The position numbers and the translations under genes were made by a program. A DNA stretch of 64,000 nt, taken from assembly GCA_026025075.1 (NCBI GenBank), contig JAPEUI010000058.1:1-64000 (forward strand), in the 5' to 3' direction. Shown one piece after another: positions 34,982 to 47,839 of this stretch. The notes under the pieces were generated by a model. The model searched no databases, was not told where the DNA came from, and was given only the letters and a program-made list of their open reading frames with translations. The DNA comes from Vezdaea acicularis. Its lineage: Eukaryota. Each line of letters begins with the position of its first letter. Position 1 is the stretch's first letter.

Positions 34982-37438
34982 ATGCCAGCTACCTCCAAGC
35001 GCTCGCTCACCGACGCCTTTCCAGACTCTACCTCTAACTCTAAATCTGCCTCGGACCCGACCTCGGACTCCGGCACGAGCTCAGACAAGAACGGATCGGC
35101 CACCCCAGCTTTTCCCCGAAACAAGAGAGCACGGACACACCTCGAGCTCCCTACGGAGCAGCGCGCCGGACCAGGAGCCGATGCGGCGATGGCGGATACC
35201 CTAATGACCAATACGGACGCGTTGACGGACGGACGGGGCGGGGTGGTAGGGAAGATGGATGGAGAGGGAGATGGGCTGCTAGCGTCATCGACGACAATAC
35301 TGCAAGGCTCTGTGGATGCTACGAGGCGGGAGAACGGCGGTGGTGCTAGAGAGAAACTTGGGGGGGGGGATGAATACGTTGGTGGTGTGGCTGCGGGTGC
35401 TGGGCCGGTGGAGGTGCAGATGGCGATGAAGCGCCCTCGAGGCCGGCCGCTGGGGAGTACGAAGAAAGCTAAAGAGGGTGGGGAGAGGGTGGTTTCGACA
35501 CCTCAGGGCTCGGTCGACACTCCGAGTGGGATTGGCTCTGGAGAAAGGCCAGGAGGGGAGAATGATCGGGTTGGACTAATCAAGCGCCCTCGAGGCCGTC
35601 CAAAAGGCAGTACGAAGAAGACCAGGGAGGATGGGGCGCCGATGTCGTCGTCGTTGTCGACGCCTCGAGACCGTGTTGGTGCTGCGTTGGGTGAGAACGG
35701 CGATGGCTCTGGGGAGATACTAGGAGGGAGGAATGGACAAGGTGGAGGCTCAATCGCTGGGTCTGCGGAGACGCCTGTGCCGACCAACCGCCCCCGAGGC
35801 CGTCCGAAAGGCAGCACAAATAAGAGGCCTAGCAATGACGTTTTATGGCCTGACGAAGAAAGACACGAAGCTGAAGCACACGCGCGAAGCCAGAACGGAG
35901 AGAGGCCCGAGAAAACCAACAATCTAGATCTCTCACGCCCGAACACTCTCGACGAAGGCAGCCGGCGAGGGACAAACAAGACCTCCAATCTCCTCTTCTA
36001 CGACCCCGCAAAGCAAAAGCAGAACGGCAATACCTCGCTCATCCATACCGCAGACCACTCCGCCGCCCGCAAGAGCGCCCGCTCCTTCATCCAGCGCACC
36101 ATCGCCGGCGACCACTCCTCCGACGAAGCCCTTGACGACGAGGAAGACCTCCTCGCCGCCCGTATTCGCGCTGGAAGCGGCGACAACGACGATGACACCT
36201 CCCTAACCCTGAACGGTCCACCTACCGCGAAATCGCAAACACCATCCAAGAAGCGCCCTGGCCGCCCGCCCGGCGTCCGCCGCAAATCTCCCACCCCCCC
36301 GCGCGACATGTCCGCGTACGAGCGCTACTTCTTCGAGACGCGGCCCTCCGGCTCCAAGACCTCGTCGAATACGCTCTCCTCTCTTACACCGCTTACGCAC
36401 GACGAGTACTTCAGCCTCATGCGCGCCGCCGCCGCCGCCGGCCCCGACCGCCATGAGAAGGAGATGCGCTTCCTCGAGGACATGCACTCGCGCTCATTCC
36501 CGCAGTGGCGCTTCGAGATGCAGGAAGGCTTCAACGTGTGTCTCTTTGGCTGGGGCAGCAAGCGCGGGGTGCTCCTGAGGTACGCCGAGTGGCTCTCCGC
36601 GCAGTATCAGCGGGAGCAACAGCAGCAGCAAAATGGCGGCGCGCAACATACTCCCCCGCCCCCCATCGTCGTCGTAAACGGCTATGCCCCCAACCTCACC
36701 CTCCGCGAGATCTACACCACCATCGGCCGCGCCATCTCCCCCTCCACCCCCCCACCCACCGACCTCTCCTCGCTCCTCCCCCTCCTCTCCTCCCTCCCCC
36801 ACGCACTAACCCTCCTCCTCCCCTCCCTCGACGCGCCCCCCCTCCGCCCCCCCCGCCACCAATCCGCCCTCGCCCGCCTCGCCGCCCACTCCTCCCTCAA
36901 CCTCCTCGCATCAGCCGACTCCCCCTCTTTCCCCCTCCTCTGGGACTCCGCCCTCGCCGCCTCCCTCCGCTTCCTCTACCACGACACCACCTCCTTCCGC
37001 CCCTTCGCCCCCGAACTCGACGTCCTCGCCGCCTGGGCCACCCTCCTAGGCCACCCCCCCGCCGCCGCTCCCACCCGCCAAGCCGCCCGTTTCGTCCTCA
37101 AGAGCTTACCCGCCAACGCACGCGCGCTGTACTCCCTCCTCGTGACCGAACAACTCAAGCGTCTCCACCCCTCCTCTCCTTCCTCCACTCCCCCCCCTCC
37201 CATCGACAGCCCCACCGACAACCCACAAGCAATCTCCTACCCCCACCTCTACGCCCTCTCCCTCCAATCCTTCATCTGCTCCAGCGAAATGGCCTTCCGC
37301 TCCCTCCTCAAAGAGTTCGTCGATCACCAGATGTTGCGCAGTCGACGCGACACTGCTGCCGGTGGGGAGGAGATGCTCTGGGCGCCGTTTCAATATCAGG
37401 AGTTGTGCGGCATTCAAGAGGATTTGGAGGAGGGGTAA
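34982..37438 (+). CDS. ORC2: Origin recognition complex subunit 2 with N-terminal AT-hooks
   Basis: FPQWRFEMQEGFNVCLFGWGSKR, VVVNGY, HDTTSF and LLKEFVDHQM motifs; intronless. Confidence 0.92.
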   Translation: MPATSKRSLTDAFPDSTSNSKSASDPTSDSGTSSDKNGSATPAFPRNKRARTHLELPTEQRAGPGADAAMADTLMTNTDALTDGRGGVVGKMDGEGDGLLASSTTILQGSVDATRRENGGGAREKLGGGDEYVGGVAAGAGPVEVQMAMKRPRGRPLGSTKKAKEGGERVVSTPQGSVDTPSGIGSGERPGGENDRVGLIKRPRGRPKGSTKKTREDGAPMSSSLSTPRDRVGAALGENGDGSGEILGGRNGQGGGSIAGSAETPVPTNRPRGRPKGSTNKRPSNDVLWPDEERHEAEAHARSQNGERPEKTNNLDLSRPNTLDEGSRRGTNKTSNLLFYDPAKQKQNGNTSLIHTADHSAARKSARSFIQRTIAGDHSSDEALDDEEDLLAARIRAGSGDNDDDTSLTLNGPPTAKSQTPSKKRPGRPPGVRRKSPTPPRDMSAYERYFFETRPSGSKTSSNTLSSLTPLTHDEYFSLMRAAAAAGPDRHEKEMRFLEDMHSRSFPQWRFEMQEGFNVCLFGWGSKRGVLLRYAEWLSAQYQREQQQQQNGGAQHTPPPPIVVVNGYAPNLTLREIYTTIGRAISPSTPPPTDLSSLLPLLSSLPHALTLLLPSLDAPPLRPPRHQSALARLAAHSSLNLLASADSPSFPLLWDSALAASLRFLYHDTTSFRPFAPELDVLAAWATLLGHPPAAAPTRQAARFVLKSLPANARALYSLLVTEQLKRLHPSSPSSTPPPPIDSPTDNPQAISYPHLYALSLQSFICSSEMAFRSLLKEFVDHQMLRSRRDTAAGGEEMLWAPFQYQELCGIQEDLEEG

Positions 37439-38077
37439 GGGGGAGATGCTACGGGCCCCGTTTCGGGGAGGGGGAGGGGGCGGGGGAGATATGCGGGATT
37501 CGCAAGGATTGGGAAGGCTAGAGGAGAGCCCCACTTCCCCAGGAAATGGACATTGGCAGATCAATCACATCCAGACAGCTCAACCACGTACGTAGCTCGA
37601 GCACGCCGAAAATGTGTAATAGAGAAACAGCTATCCATCCATCCATCCATCCATTCACGCCTCTCCTTTCCCCCTTTCTCAACCCGCAAACCCGCACGCA
37701 TTCATGCACGCAATCGAAAAGCACGGATCGAAATGTGTCCAGGTCATGCGTTTGGTATGCTATATGACTACTTTTACATTTTGCAGCTGGGCGTGGGAAT
37801 ACTCCTCCTCCTCCCAGCGGCTTTTGAAGAAAGACGGAAATAAAGGATGAGAATGATAGAAAGAAGAGCAGTCGCCGTGCATGATAATGTGACTTTTACG
37901 TTTTGTGTTCGCAGGAGGCTGGTTTGGGGTACATTCGTGTCTTGGCGGGAGGGAAGGAGAGGGGAGGGGGATGGGAAGTGTGTGGTGTGAAGGTTTGGGG
38001 GGGAGAGGTCTTGGAGAGGTCTTTGTAGATGAGACAGAGAAAGGAGGTTGGTGTTTCTAGGGCTAAGAAAAACCCGA

Positions 38078-39727
38078 CTATCCCGTGATCATCCCCTTGA
38101 GCCCAGCCATATCCCCCTCCTTCGCCGCAATCTCAAAGTAGCCGTAGATGATACTGCGCACATTCCGTCAGTTAAATTGCTGCTTACAGCGAGGCGAATA
38201 AAATACTTACGTGACGGCCATGAGGATACCAGTCCCGGAGCCCAACGCGCCCAACAGATCGCTAGCCACGGACAACGCGCCGATGCACGCGCCCCCGAAC
38301 GCTGCCGCGGTGGGAATGACGCGCTTCAGCTCCTTGTACATGCTCTGTTCGCGATGGCCGGCCATGACCAATCCCTGCTCCTTCAGCTGCTTCGCGACGT
38401 CGCGCGGGCTGGAGCCGGATACCTCGATCCAGGTCTTTGAGAAGGCGGCGCATGCGATGATGATGTATGCGATATAGACAGCCGTGTGGACGGGGTCAAG
38501 TAATGCTTCGGTGAAGTTCAGAGGGGGCGACATGTAGTATGCGATGCCGGATGCGGCGTACAGCTGAGCGGAGCCTTCGCGGGGTTCCCAGACGCCGAGG
38601 AGGCGGACGAGGAGGTTGTCGGAGAAACGGGAGTAGAGCATCTGGCTCAGGATGAAAATCTGCGAGTTGAGCGCGGATTGTAGCATGATCGGCATGTTGG
38701 AGGTATAGAAGAGGCGCACGGGGTAGGAGCCGCGCATGCCTCGCTGCCTGGATGACTTGACGGGGATCTCAACGCGGAAGCCTTGGAGGTAGATGACGGA
38801 CGCGAACACTAGCAGAGTCGCGAGGAGATTCATGATGTTGGGTAGATTCTGTCGGTAGAAGGCTTCGCGGAGAGCACGCTGCTTATCGCTCCAGGTCAAC
38901 AGGAGATGAAACAGTGCAATGACTGCGCCCTCAAACTCAGGACCTCGACCGGTGTTGATCGTTGTCGGTGAGAATGCTTTCCAGATGATGGACTCGCAGA
39001 TGTTGGTAGCGATGAAAAGTGAGATTCCACTGCCAAGACCATACCCCTTTTGTAGCAGCTCGTCAAGGAGAATGACAATCAGACCTGCGACAACTAATTG
39101 AACGACCAGCAAAACGCAGATACCCGCACCGAGATCGGAGGGCTGGCCGTATAGGCCCGAGAGGACCATGACGATGGCCTGTCCAAGTGAGAGGATGATG
39201 GCAAATAGCTTCTGTGCCGTCTGGTAAAGCTCGCGATCGCTCTTGAGGTCGAGGTTGACGTCGATGATATGGGTGCCAGCGAGGAGCTGGAAGACCATGC
39301 CTGAAGATATGATTGGTGTTATACCGAGTTCCATCAACGTCCCCCGATTACTCGCTAGCATCATCCGCATCCAGTACAGGGGATCTGAATTATCTGCCGA
39401 TACGATGCCATAGAGTGGCATTTGGCTCATGACCAAGAAGATCAAAAGCGTCAACTGGATAGGAAACCTTGTTTAGCCCCATGCTCATAATTTATAGTGG
39501 GATCTCGCCCAAGTATGCCGCGATTCAGGAGGAAACAACTCACTCCCGTCCACATTAGCCTTTGATTGAAGGCTGTCTTCGATTCGGGGGCAGCCACCTC
39601 CGGCAGGAGGGGCGTGAATGGCTTGATGAGGTCAAGGAAACGTACTGCGCAGCGCGAAGAGCAGTCAGTATATCTCTCTATGTTAATCGTACTCGCGAAC
39701 TCAGGGAGGGTACATACAGCCACTCAT
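38078..39727 (-). CDS. SEC61: Protein translocon subunit Sec61 alpha
   Basis: Exons 39727-39718, 39644-39544, 39454-38211 and 38153-38078. [23 protein letters not shown] and LFYTSNMP motifs. Confidence 0.97.
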
Positions 39728-40208
39728 CCTGGCGGTGTTCAGATTTCACCAAGCCAACGTGGCAGAAGAGCAAAATCAAACAGTGAAGGACGATAGTAGG
39801 AGCACGCGCAAGCTGATACCAAGCAACAGAAAAACTGTGCGCGTACTAGGAAAGGCGTCGAAGGGGGTGGTAATGGGATGTCGGAAGGGGGGTGATTTCA
39901 CTTTCGGACAGCTCGCTCGAACCACGTCAAAATTTGGCATCCTGGGGAGAGGCCAGAGTGCGCTGGTGCAAAAGTCACGTGCGAAAGACTCGGCTATGCA
40001 GGGATCTCCCTCACCGCCCGGAGGGCCTTGGCAAAAATATTTTGCCGAGTTTGAAGACTCATATCAAAGTATATGATTAAAGATTGGGGACCAACTAGGA
40101 CATTTGTACGTGCCCCACTTGCTTAGAAACTACTTTGAGCACTTTTAGTACGCTGGGTGTATCTGTTTCTCACTTAAAGCCCTCGCTACTCGTCCGGATG
40201 TAGCCTCA

Positions 40209-41609
40209 ATGGCTCTAAGACCCCCACCTTACCGCACTTTTACGCAATTCCTCCAAAAGTCTCACGCCCAACAATACCGGCAGTATTCTGCACCAGTGTC
40301 AAGCTCGATACCCCCAGCAAAGCGAAAATATGTTCCAACAAGCGGTACATACCCTAAAGGCTTCCTCACCAGTGGAACCTACGTTGGTGTCAAGGCTGCA
40401 AATACTAGCACACCCGACCTCGCCCTGATCGCCTCCGAAACACCGTGCGCCGGCGCTGCCGTATTCACAAAGAACAAGTTCCAAGCTGCACCTGTTGTCG
40501 TCAGTAGAGAAACACTACTGAGACGCAAGGGTGATGATATCAGAGCGATCGTGGTCAATTCCGGCTGTGCCAATGCCGTCACAGGCAGAGGTGGAATCGT
40601 TGATGCCGAAGCCATGGGCGCGGAAGTCGATCGCTGCTTCGATGTATCCGGACCAAAAAACGACGACAAACTTGGTGGGCGAACACTCGTGATGAGTACC
40701 GGCGTGATAGGGCAAAGGTTGCCTCTGCAAAAAATCTTGAATAAGATACCATTGGCATGCTCCTCCCTCTCCAACACTCACACCTCTTGGCTACGGGCCG
40801 CAAGTGCGATATGTACAACCGATACCTTTCCCAAGCTGCTCTCTCGCGCTTTCACCCTTCCCTCAAGTGATACGACATACCATCTGGCGGGGATGACCAA
40901 GGGCGCCGGCATGATCCACCCGAACATGGCGACGTTGCTGGGAATCCTATGTACCGACGCTCCTATTGCGACGTCCGCGCTACACCCTCTGCTCTCACAC
41001 GCTGTAGATAAGAGCTTTAATGCCATATCCATTGATGGCGATACCTCTACGAACGATACCGTATGTTTGCTCGCAAACGGCGCCTCCGCCCCCCCCAATA
41101 CCCCTCTCGTATCGTCCTCATCCCCGGATTACACCGCTTTCCAAGAAACCCTCACAACCTTTGCCCAAGACCTCGCGCAACTAGTTGTGCGCGATGGCGA
41201 AGGCGCCACGAAATTCGTGACTATCCGCGTGACGGGCTCACCATCGGCCTCTGACGCCAAGAAGGTGGCCTCGACCATAGCACGCTCTCCTTTAGTGAAG
41301 TGCGCGCTCTATGGCAAGGACGCGAATTGGGGCCGTATACTATGCGCTACTGGCTACGCTGAAGGTGTCACAAGTGTGGTGCCAGAGCATACGAGCGTTA
41401 GCTTTGTGCCCGTCGACGGGAGCGCTGAGCTGAAGCTGTTGGTCAACGGAGAGCCGGAGAAGGTTGATGAAGTGCGCGCAGCCGAAATCCTGGAAAGTGA
41501 GGACTTGGAGATTTTGGTACGGCTAGGAGATGGCAAGGAGGAGGCCGTATATTGGACTTGCGATTTCAGTCATGAATACGTGACTATCAATGGGGATTAC
41601 CGGACGTAA
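40209..41609 (+). CDS. ARG7: Mitochondrial ornithine acetyltransferase (ArgJ family)
   Basis: [39 protein letters not shown] and [10 protein letters not shown] motifs. Confidence 0.97.
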   Translation: MALRPPPYRTFTQFLQKSHAQQYRQYSAPVSSSIPPAKRKYVPTSGTYPKGFLTSGTYVGVKAANTSTPDLALIASETPCAGAAVFTKNKFQAAPVVVSRETLLRRKGDDIRAIVVNSGCANAVTGRGGIVDAEAMGAEVDRCFDVSGPKNDDKLGGRTLVMSTGVIGQRLPLQKILNKIPLACSSLSNTHTSWLRAASAICTTDTFPKLLSRAFTLPSSDTTYHLAGMTKGAGMIHPNMATLLGILCTDAPIATSALHPLLSHAVDKSFNAISIDGDTSTNDTVCLLANGASAPPNTPLVSSSSPDYTAFQETLTTFAQDLAQLVVRDGEGATKFVTIRVTGSPSASDAKKVASTIARSPLVKCALYGKDANWGRILCATGYAEGVTSVVPEHTSVSFVPVDGSAELKLLVNGEPEKVDEVRAAEILESEDLEILVRLGDGKEEAVYWTCDFSHEYVTINGDYRT

Positions 41610-41824
41610 GGGGTTGGGGGGGCGTTCTTGCAAGTACAAGTCTCCGGGATGAGGGTGATTGTTATCACTAGAATTATACTTGATACCACAAAGACGGTCT
41701 ATATAGTGAAAGGTATTGTCCAATAACACGCCCAGAACGCCCGTGAAGCAATGCACCGGTCACCCGCTAAATCTCAAGGGGTCTCCACTGCCTCTGCAAC
41801 AAATGACTTTTCCGCCCAAACGGT

Positions 41825-44800
41825 TTAGGAAGAATTCGATTCCGAACTCGTGCCCTGACTTCCATCGGCTCCATCTACACCATGCTCAGCCTTCCACTCC
41901 TCCCATGCCCTTTTGGCGTCTTGCTCCAATATTTCCAAATCGCCGCTGGCCTCGCACAGGCCCCTAAATGCACCGCCTTCCTTTACCACCAACTCTGCCG
42001 GGTGTCCATATTCAACGACCTGCCCTCTATCCAGCACCAAAACCTTGTCGTAGTCGATGATTGTCTGAAGACGATGAGCAATGGTAATGATCGTGCCTTT
42101 CAATTCACGTATAACCCTCTGAATCTTGGCATCCGTTGAATAGTCAATACTTGCTGTCGCTTCGTCCATGAGCAAGACCTTCGGGGCTTTGAGCATGGCA
42201 CGAGCAAGGCAAAGAAGTTGGCGTTGGCCCTGCGACAAGTTTTGACCCGACTCCGCGATAGGCGACGAGAGGTTGAGGAAGACGTTCTTATTCTCGTGGG
42301 TTCTCCCCGCGCTGGGCTCTGTATCGGAGGAGTGCGACGACCGAGGTGGAGTATCGATAATGATCTCGGGTGTTGTGTTGGCGTTTCCGATTAGTTGGAC
42401 GCGTCGCAGGGCTTCGAAGATCTCTTCATCGGTGAACAGCGTGAAAGGGTCTAGGTTGCTGCGGATCGTTCCAGTGAAGAGGGTAGGGTCTTGTGGTACG
42501 ATGGTGATTGCCTCGCGTAGGTCTCGGAGACCAATCAGACCGATATCTACATTATCAATGAGAATCTTGCCTTCCTCTGCCTCAAGCCCACGGAACAGAG
42601 CTAGCGCTAAAGAGCTCTTTCCAGCCCCAGTATGGCCTACGATACCAAGCTTTTCTCTCGGCTGAATGGTAAAGCTGACGTTCTTAAGGACAGGATCAAG
42701 ATCAATTCGATACCTGGTGGTGTATTTGATGAATTCGACGGATCCTTGGCTGGGCCAGTTTTTGGCTGGCCGTGAGTCGGGTATGACGGGTTCAGCCTCT
42801 TGCTCTACATCGAGATATTCCTTTATCCGCTCTACGCTATTCATGTTCTGTTCGTTGATAGCATATAGTCGCACCAGCCAAAGGACGCTCTCATTGAATG
42901 TCAGGGCATAGCTTAGAGACAGGCCGGCCGCACCTGGGTCAATCGTGCCGACATTGGTGATCACAAAGACACCCGCAAAGAACGAGACGAGAGCACCAAC
43001 GAGATCTACCCGAACGCCAAGCCATCTGTTTGTAGCCCAGAGGAAAAAGAACGGGCGACTGTGACTGTTTATTCGGTCGATATTGTCGCGCATAAATCTT
43101 CGCTCATCTCCGTAGGCACGTATTGTAGTGATGCCCGTAAGCGTCTCTCCAAATTGTTGATATAGCGGACTCCTTTGGACTGACTCGAGCCGTTTCAGAT
43201 CTCTCGATGACCGTATATAGAACATTCCAATGAGGCAGTACATAGCACCTATGAAAATGCCAGCGAAGAGGAAGCCAGGTGTGATGACGGAGATAAGGAT
43301 GATAATTGTGACAACCGACGCTACACAGTGCAGTAAACCAATCGCGACGGGCGCAATTTCCTGATCAACGGCTTCGAGATCCTTGGAGAATCGGTTCATT
43401 AGCTGACCTACAGGTGTCACGTCAAAGAACCTGAACTTTGCACGAGTGACTGCAACAAGTAATCGCTTGTGGATTGTCCATGAGGCCGTCAACGAGCCGT
43501 AGAAGAGCATACCCTCTCGGACAAAAGAAATTAAAATGTAGCAGATACAGATCGCAGCGTAAACAGTCAAGTAGTATCGGACATCGACATTCTGTGATAA
43601 GGTCGAAAAAGCCACGCTGAAATTTGAGAAGTTCGGGAAGTTCCAAGGGCAGGTACCTGTTGCATGGCAACTTCCATAGAAATTGCCAGAATGAGCATGG
43701 AAATTGTGAACTGGACTTGATGTTTGATTGATGCCGAGCACACTTGCGTCTCTTGTATGATATGCATTAGCCCATTCCCGAATCCAGACTGTCGTTCCAA
43801 CTGAGCCTAGTTGTTGGCAAGTGAAGCTGATAGCTGCGATGACCCAGTACCACCATTTGCCCATTGAGGCCAGGTACAAATAGATAATCGACCATTTGAC
43901 GCTACCTTCTGCTTTCTTCTCGTCCATCGCATTCGGCTTTGGATTGATGTCTGTTTTCCCGCTTGCCGTTCCGTTTGCCGTTCCGTTTGCCGTTCCGTTG
44001 GCTGTGCCATTAGCCGTTCCATTGGATCCCTTTGCGTTTCCGCTTGCTTTGACCTCTTCGAGATTCGAGGCGGTTCTAGAAGGCATCCCAGAGTTAGCCT
44101 GCGAAGTTTGGCGTGACTTCTGTATTTCATCTCCCAAAGCTCCACTTGCGACTACGTCCTCAGGCGTTCCGTGCGCCGCAATCCTGCCATCATCGATTGC
44201 GACGACAAATTGAGATCGAGGGACACAAAGCGCCAGATTATGAGTTACTAAAATGCAGGTACGATTATACATCAAAGGGCCCATGATGCAGTGATCGAAG
44301 ATCCACTTTGCAGTCTGTGAATCAACTGCGCTCAAACAATCATCGAGTAGAACATGTCGAGAGTTGGAGTATACGGCTCTTGCTAGGGATACTCGCTGTT
44401 TCTGACCGCCAGATAGGGTGATGCCTTTTTCGCCCACAAGAGTCTGATCACCGGCGTCCAGATCCTCCAGAGCGCGTTCCAAAGCGCATGCACTGATGAC
44501 TTCTTCGTAACGCTTCTTATCCCATGGCCTAGAAAATAGGATGTTTTCCTTAATGGTGGCATTGACTAGCCACGCTTGCTGGGCACAGTATGCAACCCCT
44601 TCGATTAGACTAGTCTCTGGATCTGGCTTCAAGTTCTCTCTGGTACGGCCCCCTGGAAGAAAGACGGACCCACTCAAAAGGGTCATCTCTCCGAGGAGAG
44701 CCATTAGGAGGGATGTCTTTCCGGCACCTGTTGGTCCGGCAATGACATTTAATTTCCCAACTGCAAAATTAATGTCGAGATCCTTTATCCTAAACGCATC

Positions 44801-47006
44801 CGTGGCAGCATTCTCCTCCGTATCTTTGCCGTCCTCCTGCTTGCCACGCCAGGTAAAAGTTGCGTTTTCAAATCCAATTATTACTTCTCCGTTATCTTCG
44901 TAGTCTTGTTCGAGCTGGGAGTATTTTTCTGTTTCTTCCTCATTTAGGAATTCCTCTACTCGATCGACGGAAACCTTTGATTCTTGGACGTGGGCCAGCA
45001 TGTCTGCAAGCTGATCCAATGGTACCCGAAGAAGACTGAACAGGGAGAGTGCCGTAAACGCGACCGATGGTATCAGATCCCGTTTCTCAACCACAGTATA
45101 GATGAGAAATGATAGAAAGGTGATTAGTAGAGGCGCGCCATACCAGATCTGGGCAGAGATTGCCCAGAGAATATATCGCCAACGCAATGCCCTCAATTCT
45201 GCTGCCCGTTTCTCTTTTATGATCTCACCGAAGCGATCTTCCCACGCAAAGAACTTTATGATGCGGATATTCTGGAGTATTTCATTTGTTGTGTGAATCC
45301 TCTGATCTGTTGCAGCCATGATGACCTTCTGCACCTTGCTGAATTGCTTGGCAATGAATATATTCAGCGGCAGCAACGCAAACATCGTCGCTATGCCAGC
45401 GATCGAGCTGTAGCCGAGAATCTTGTAGAGAAGAAGGATAGCTATGACGATCTGTACAGGGACGTTGGCCCAGAGGAAATGAAGATACGCGCAGACTTCC
45501 GCGACCTTGAATGAATCCACAGCCATAAGATTGATGATGGTTCCAGTATTTACTTGGGAGTCCGAGCTGTCTACAGGAGATTTTGTCGTCGAGTCGGCGG
45601 TGGATTCCGCCTTTTTCTTCCGACCAAAAGACATGATCTTCTTAAGCCTCCCCGGTTTGGCTTCATTGTCCTTTTTCGCTCCTAAGATCGTATCGGTACC
45701 AGCTGCTGCTTTCCGTCGAAGAGCCTTAGCGTAAATTTCACCAATGACTATAGCCCGCAAGCGTACGCATATCTTCCGACCCAACCACAGTGCTTGCCCG
45801 TCCGCTACGGCTGATACACAAGCGGTGAAAAAGAGTAGGATTACATAAAGCCAAGCAGCATTACGAGGTGTGTCCCCGGGGTTCTCGATGTACAATAAGA
45901 TCGCCCTTAGAAGTAAGGTTGGCGCAAAGACGAAGAGGGCGGAGAACATGGCCCAAGCACCTTGCAAGAGTATACCCTTCTTGAAGTACTTTAAGAGGTG
46001 CCAGGCCAGACTTGAGGTTTTGGCGACTTGGCGATATTCCGCCAAGATCGCTCCAGCTTTGTCCCGCGGGGCAAGATTCCAGACGTCGGAAAGCTCATAT
46101 GTCTTCTTGTACCCACGCCAAACGATAGGATCAACCCAGAGGAACGTTGCCAACGAGAAAAGGCTAGCAAAAGGTTCTTTAGAGGGTTGCAAATCTCCTT
46201 CGCGCTCTATCAAGATTGCTTTATTTCCCTTTCGGGCGGTGAGAGCTATGGTCGCGAGTACCGTCACAAGGATGAAGTCGGCGATTGTGAGGGCCTGAGC
46301 TAGTGTACTTCGCGGCTGAATGATTGCAGACCGAAAGAGAATTGCTGTATCTAGCCAGGAGAGGCCATAGAGAATGGCTGTATGGTACCATAGATGCTTG
46401 AAAGAATGTCTGGTCGAAGAGGAAAATAGTCGCAAAGCCGCAAGGAGGAAAATATAAGTCCAAGTAACCAACCCAACGATCTCTGCGTTAGTAGAGACCT
46501 TTCCATGTGAGCCCCAAGCATGAGTGATTACAGCTGCGAGATGTATTCCAACCTCCCCCAAAACTGCCAATGCTTCAACAAGTACGATTTGGACCTCCTT
46601 CCTCGGATGATCAATCTCAATCTCGCATGGGTTATTGCTGAGAGTCTGGTGAAGCGATAAGTGCCGTGTGCTCAGAGAATCGTCGTCATCTTCGTCTCCC
46701 GTCTCCTCTTCGTCCTCTGGGTCATCATGATAGCGCGGGTACCCATATATATCTGGGTGATGTGTGACAGCATGATAGTCGGCATTTCGTCTCTTGAGTA
46801 TCCGTCGGACGCCTTCAGCTAAAATGAACAAAAAAGACAGGCCGCAGAATATCAAGGGCAGGAGGACCTGGAGATAACTAGAGAAAGAAGTTAGCCTATC
46901 CACACCTTGACGATGGGATCAGAGGGAAGCGTGCTCACTTTCTCTGGAAGCACCGCGTGAAGTCATCAAGCCTCCATATAGGTCCGCTACATGCATTGAA
47001 GAGCAT
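41825..47006 (-). CDS. ABCC/MRP transporter, Ybt1/Bpt1-like
   Basis: Exons 47006-46939 (MLFNACSGPIWRLDDFTRCF) and 46877-41825. Two TMD-NBD halves with GPTGAGKT/LSGGQKQR and GHTGAGKS/LSQGQRQ. Confidence 0.93.
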
Positions 47007-47839
47007 GTCAGGCTGTTCAAATGAATGAGAGTCTCCCAAAGGGAGAGCAAGGCTATGGCGTAGCCAGCAAGAATAAATCGATAGTAGCCTTAACCTTATA
47101 GATAGCTCACTGATGAGGAAACAAAAGGTTCGCGAGTCCAGTCGCGATTGCGCACAGAGTTAGTCGTTAGCACTTGGGTCAGGAAGACAAAATCTGAAGC
47201 CGTAAGTTAAGGATGTTTGCTAAAGCTAATCAGCCTAGTGAGTGCTTGCGCTGCAGGGAAGCGGTGGGAAACCAAGCCGGAGGTCCTGATGTCAGTGGGC
47301 TTTACCACTATTTAGCGAGTCGATCGGTCGATTGGTCAATTTCACACATAAGTTTAAGTGCATTTATGACCACGGAATCAACACTTTTACGGGCCACTTT
47401 CGCCGGGACATGGAACTTTATGGAAAGCAGTTTCAATTAAACGCGGACATGAATTGGGGTCAGCTTTCATACAGGCTGCGAATCAAGTGTGCTACGGCAG
47501 TAATGCTGAACCTTAGGCGCACTGATTGCACCGGTAAAGAAAAATTCCTCTTGAAGAGTCACAGATTGTAACGATGCGCTCTACTGCGCATTGTTCCCCT
47601 ATTTAACCTGTAAGGGCAGCTGATCAAAAGTGTTTACAGGGTGTCAATTGCCAGATCGAGTAATAAATAGCGGGGTGATCAGCCCTTGGAAACGCCTAAC
47701 GAAACCAAGAACCTAGTGAGTCATGGAGAATTGAGCAGCTTGACAGAATCTTCAATTGTGCAGCTATAAAAGGGCATAAGCCGTTGATTGCCGCGTGGTT
47801 ATATTATATGTACACAGTTCCTTTCTTAGTGACTGGCTC

